This document shows, piece by piece, positions 62,529-64,000 of a stretch of 64,000 nucleotides of DNA (positions within the stretch are counted from its first letter, which is position 1; every line of letters starts with the position of its first letter). Origin of the DNA: an uncultured delta proteobacterium (GTDB lineage: Bacteria > Desulfobacterota > BSN033 > UBA1163). The notes under the pieces were generated by a model, which worked only from the letters and a program-made list of their open reading frames with translations, did not search any database and was not told the origin of the DNA. Both the position numbers and the translations under genes were made by a program. The stretch covers positions 306,491-370,490 of the forward strand of contig CAVPSJ010000014.1 of NCBI GenBank assembly GCA_963708295.1, read 5' to 3'.

Positions 62529-63905
62529 ATGGCAGCCAAATTTTACGCCAAAGGGCCCGGCAATGAAGGCTATATCAAAAACCTGGATGTAATGGCTTTT
62601 GATGATCTCGACGGAGGTACTTTCTTCCAGATGGCCCTTCACAAGACCACCAAAGGCCAATACTACATCTACGGAACCATGAGAGATTCTATCGGTATCA
62701 TCGATGTAACAGATGCTCAGCATCCCAGATTTGTCAAGCGCTGCCAGACGATCGATAAATCGATATATCCAACCACCCTGTATCTCAAGATCCAGGCGGC
62801 GGACGGACTGATGATCGCAGCCATGCTCAGCGGCGGGGGGCCGGCAATCCGGAAATATAATAGTGAAGACAAGTCGAAGATAAAATGTATGAACGGGGTC
62901 CGTATTTGCAGCATCCGGGATGACCCTGAAAATCCTGAATTCCTCAGCTACTGGGACAATGGAGTGCCCCATGCCTTCGGCGTCCACCGCTTCATGTATG
63001 ACGGCGGCAGGTATGTTCATCTCTCATCCGATGCTGTCGGGTTTGAGGGAATGATTTACCGGATACTCGATATCATCGACCCCGAGCATCCGGTTGAAAT
63101 CGGCCGCTGGTGGATGCCTGACCAGTATGCTGACGGCTATCCCGGAAGGACCTTTGATCCGTCCGCTCCCCACAACCCGACCTTCATGGAGAAGAACCAT
63201 CTTCACGGACCTCCGTTTGTCGTGGGAAATAAGGCCTACTTGGGTTATTCCGGAGCCGGCTTGGTTATCCTCGACGTATCTGATATGACTCGACCGCGGT
63301 GCCTCGGGCAGCTCAAGCTGATGCCACCCTTCTGCAGCCAGCTCGCCGGTTCCCGAACGCACACTGCCCTGCCCCTTCCCGGACGCGACTATGTCGTGGT
63401 CACCAATGAAGGCGAGAGATACACCTGGTTTACACCCGAGAGGATCAAGGAGAACCACCGGGCGCAGGCACTGAATAACCTGCATATGGTGGATGTGAGT
63501 GATCCGAGGAATCCTACCCTGGTTGCCGAGTTCCCTTATCCCGAAGTCCCTCCGGGGTTCCCGTTCAGGAACTTCAACGAGGCCTGGCTGGGAGTACAGG
63601 GGCCGTTTGGCCCGCATAATCTCCATGAACCCATGCCCGGCAAGCCCTGGCTGGAGTCCAGAAACGATCGAGTATACTGCTGCTACTTCGCCGCCGGCCT
63701 CCGGGTGTATGATGTTTCAGATCCCTATTACATCAAGGAGATTGCCTATTTTATACCCCCGAATCCACTTAAGTACCTGGGCAGACCGATGCCCGGGCCG
63801 CTGATGGCAATCACTGAAGATGTCGTCGTTGACGATAGAGGGTTCATTTATATCGATTGTTCTAATGACGGCCTGTATATACTCAAAATGAAAGAGCCAG
63901 GATAA
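62529..63905 (+). CDS. LVIVD-repeat beta-propeller protein
   Basis: Repeated I.DV.D..P units, GVHR, HLHGP, RTHTA, FGPHN, YFAAGLRVYDVSDP. Start MAAKF after SD gagg. Confidence 0.85.
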   Translation: MAAKFYAKGPGNEGYIKNLDVMAFDDLDGGTFFQMALHKTTKGQYYIYGTMRDSIGIIDVTDAQHPRFVKRCQTIDKSIYPTTLYLKIQAADGLMIAAMLSGGGPAIRKYNSEDKSKIKCMNGVRICSIRDDPENPEFLSYWDNGVPHAFGVHRFMYDGGRYVHLSSDAVGFEGMIYRILDIIDPEHPVEIGRWWMPDQYADGYPGRTFDPSAPHNPTFMEKNHLHGPPFVVGNKAYLGYSGAGLVILDVSDMTRPRCLGQLKLMPPFCSQLAGSRTHTALPLPGRDYVVVTNEGERYTWFTPERIKENHRAQALNNLHMVDVSDPRNPTLVAEFPYPEVPPGFPFRNFNEAWLGVQGPFGPHNLHEPMPGKPWLESRNDRVYCCYFAAGLRVYDVSDPYYIKEIAYFIPPNPLKYLGRPMPGPLMAITEDVVVDDRGFIYIDCSNDGLYILKMKEPG

Positions 63906-64000
63906 CGAGACAACCGGTACATGATTACTGCTAAATACCGAATCTTATGATTTGAGGTAAACAATGAGTTGAGGTTGATCCCCTGACCTGTCTCAAATGC

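Overview
A 64-kb stretch of bacterial chromosome, most consistent with an anaerobic deltaproteobacterial (Desulfobacterota-like) genome; this is inferred from gene content and repeat style only. Left to right: the 3' part of dapB; a thiolase; an acetylene-hydratase-family Mo/W enzyme; then about 34 kb of co-oriented minus-strand catabolic genes. That block holds GlcD/GlcF, a LeuA-like DRE-TIM enzyme, a cyclic amidohydrolase, an MBL hydrolase, both halves of the Tm-1-like pair, a Liv-type ABC transporter with two paralogous binding proteins, an M24 enzyme, a FadR-type regulator with its operator, a 2-hydroxyacid dehydrogenase, FdrA/YlbE/YlbF, a BMP-family ABC transporter and carbamate kinase. 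Hidden in it is a C_GCAxxG_C_C-family gene that the ORF track truncates: an in-frame TGA sits at the first conserved Cys and is followed by a SECIS-like hairpin, so it is a probable selenoprotein. Next come a KaiA-less kaiC-kaiB-kaiB-PAS kinase-kaiB operon, a CocE hydrolase, a cold-shock protein, tatA, three small proteins (two Cys-rich), three further paralogous HisKA_3 kinases with one single-domain receiver, and a non-canonical radical SAM plus LVIVD-repeat pair. Intergenic DNA is packed with nested MITE/REP-like palindromes. Seven genes carry single-base frameshifts, mostly +1 insertions, which look like long-read errors. No rRNA, tRNA, CRISPR array or transposase was seen. All family assignments come from motif recognition by eye, not database searches.
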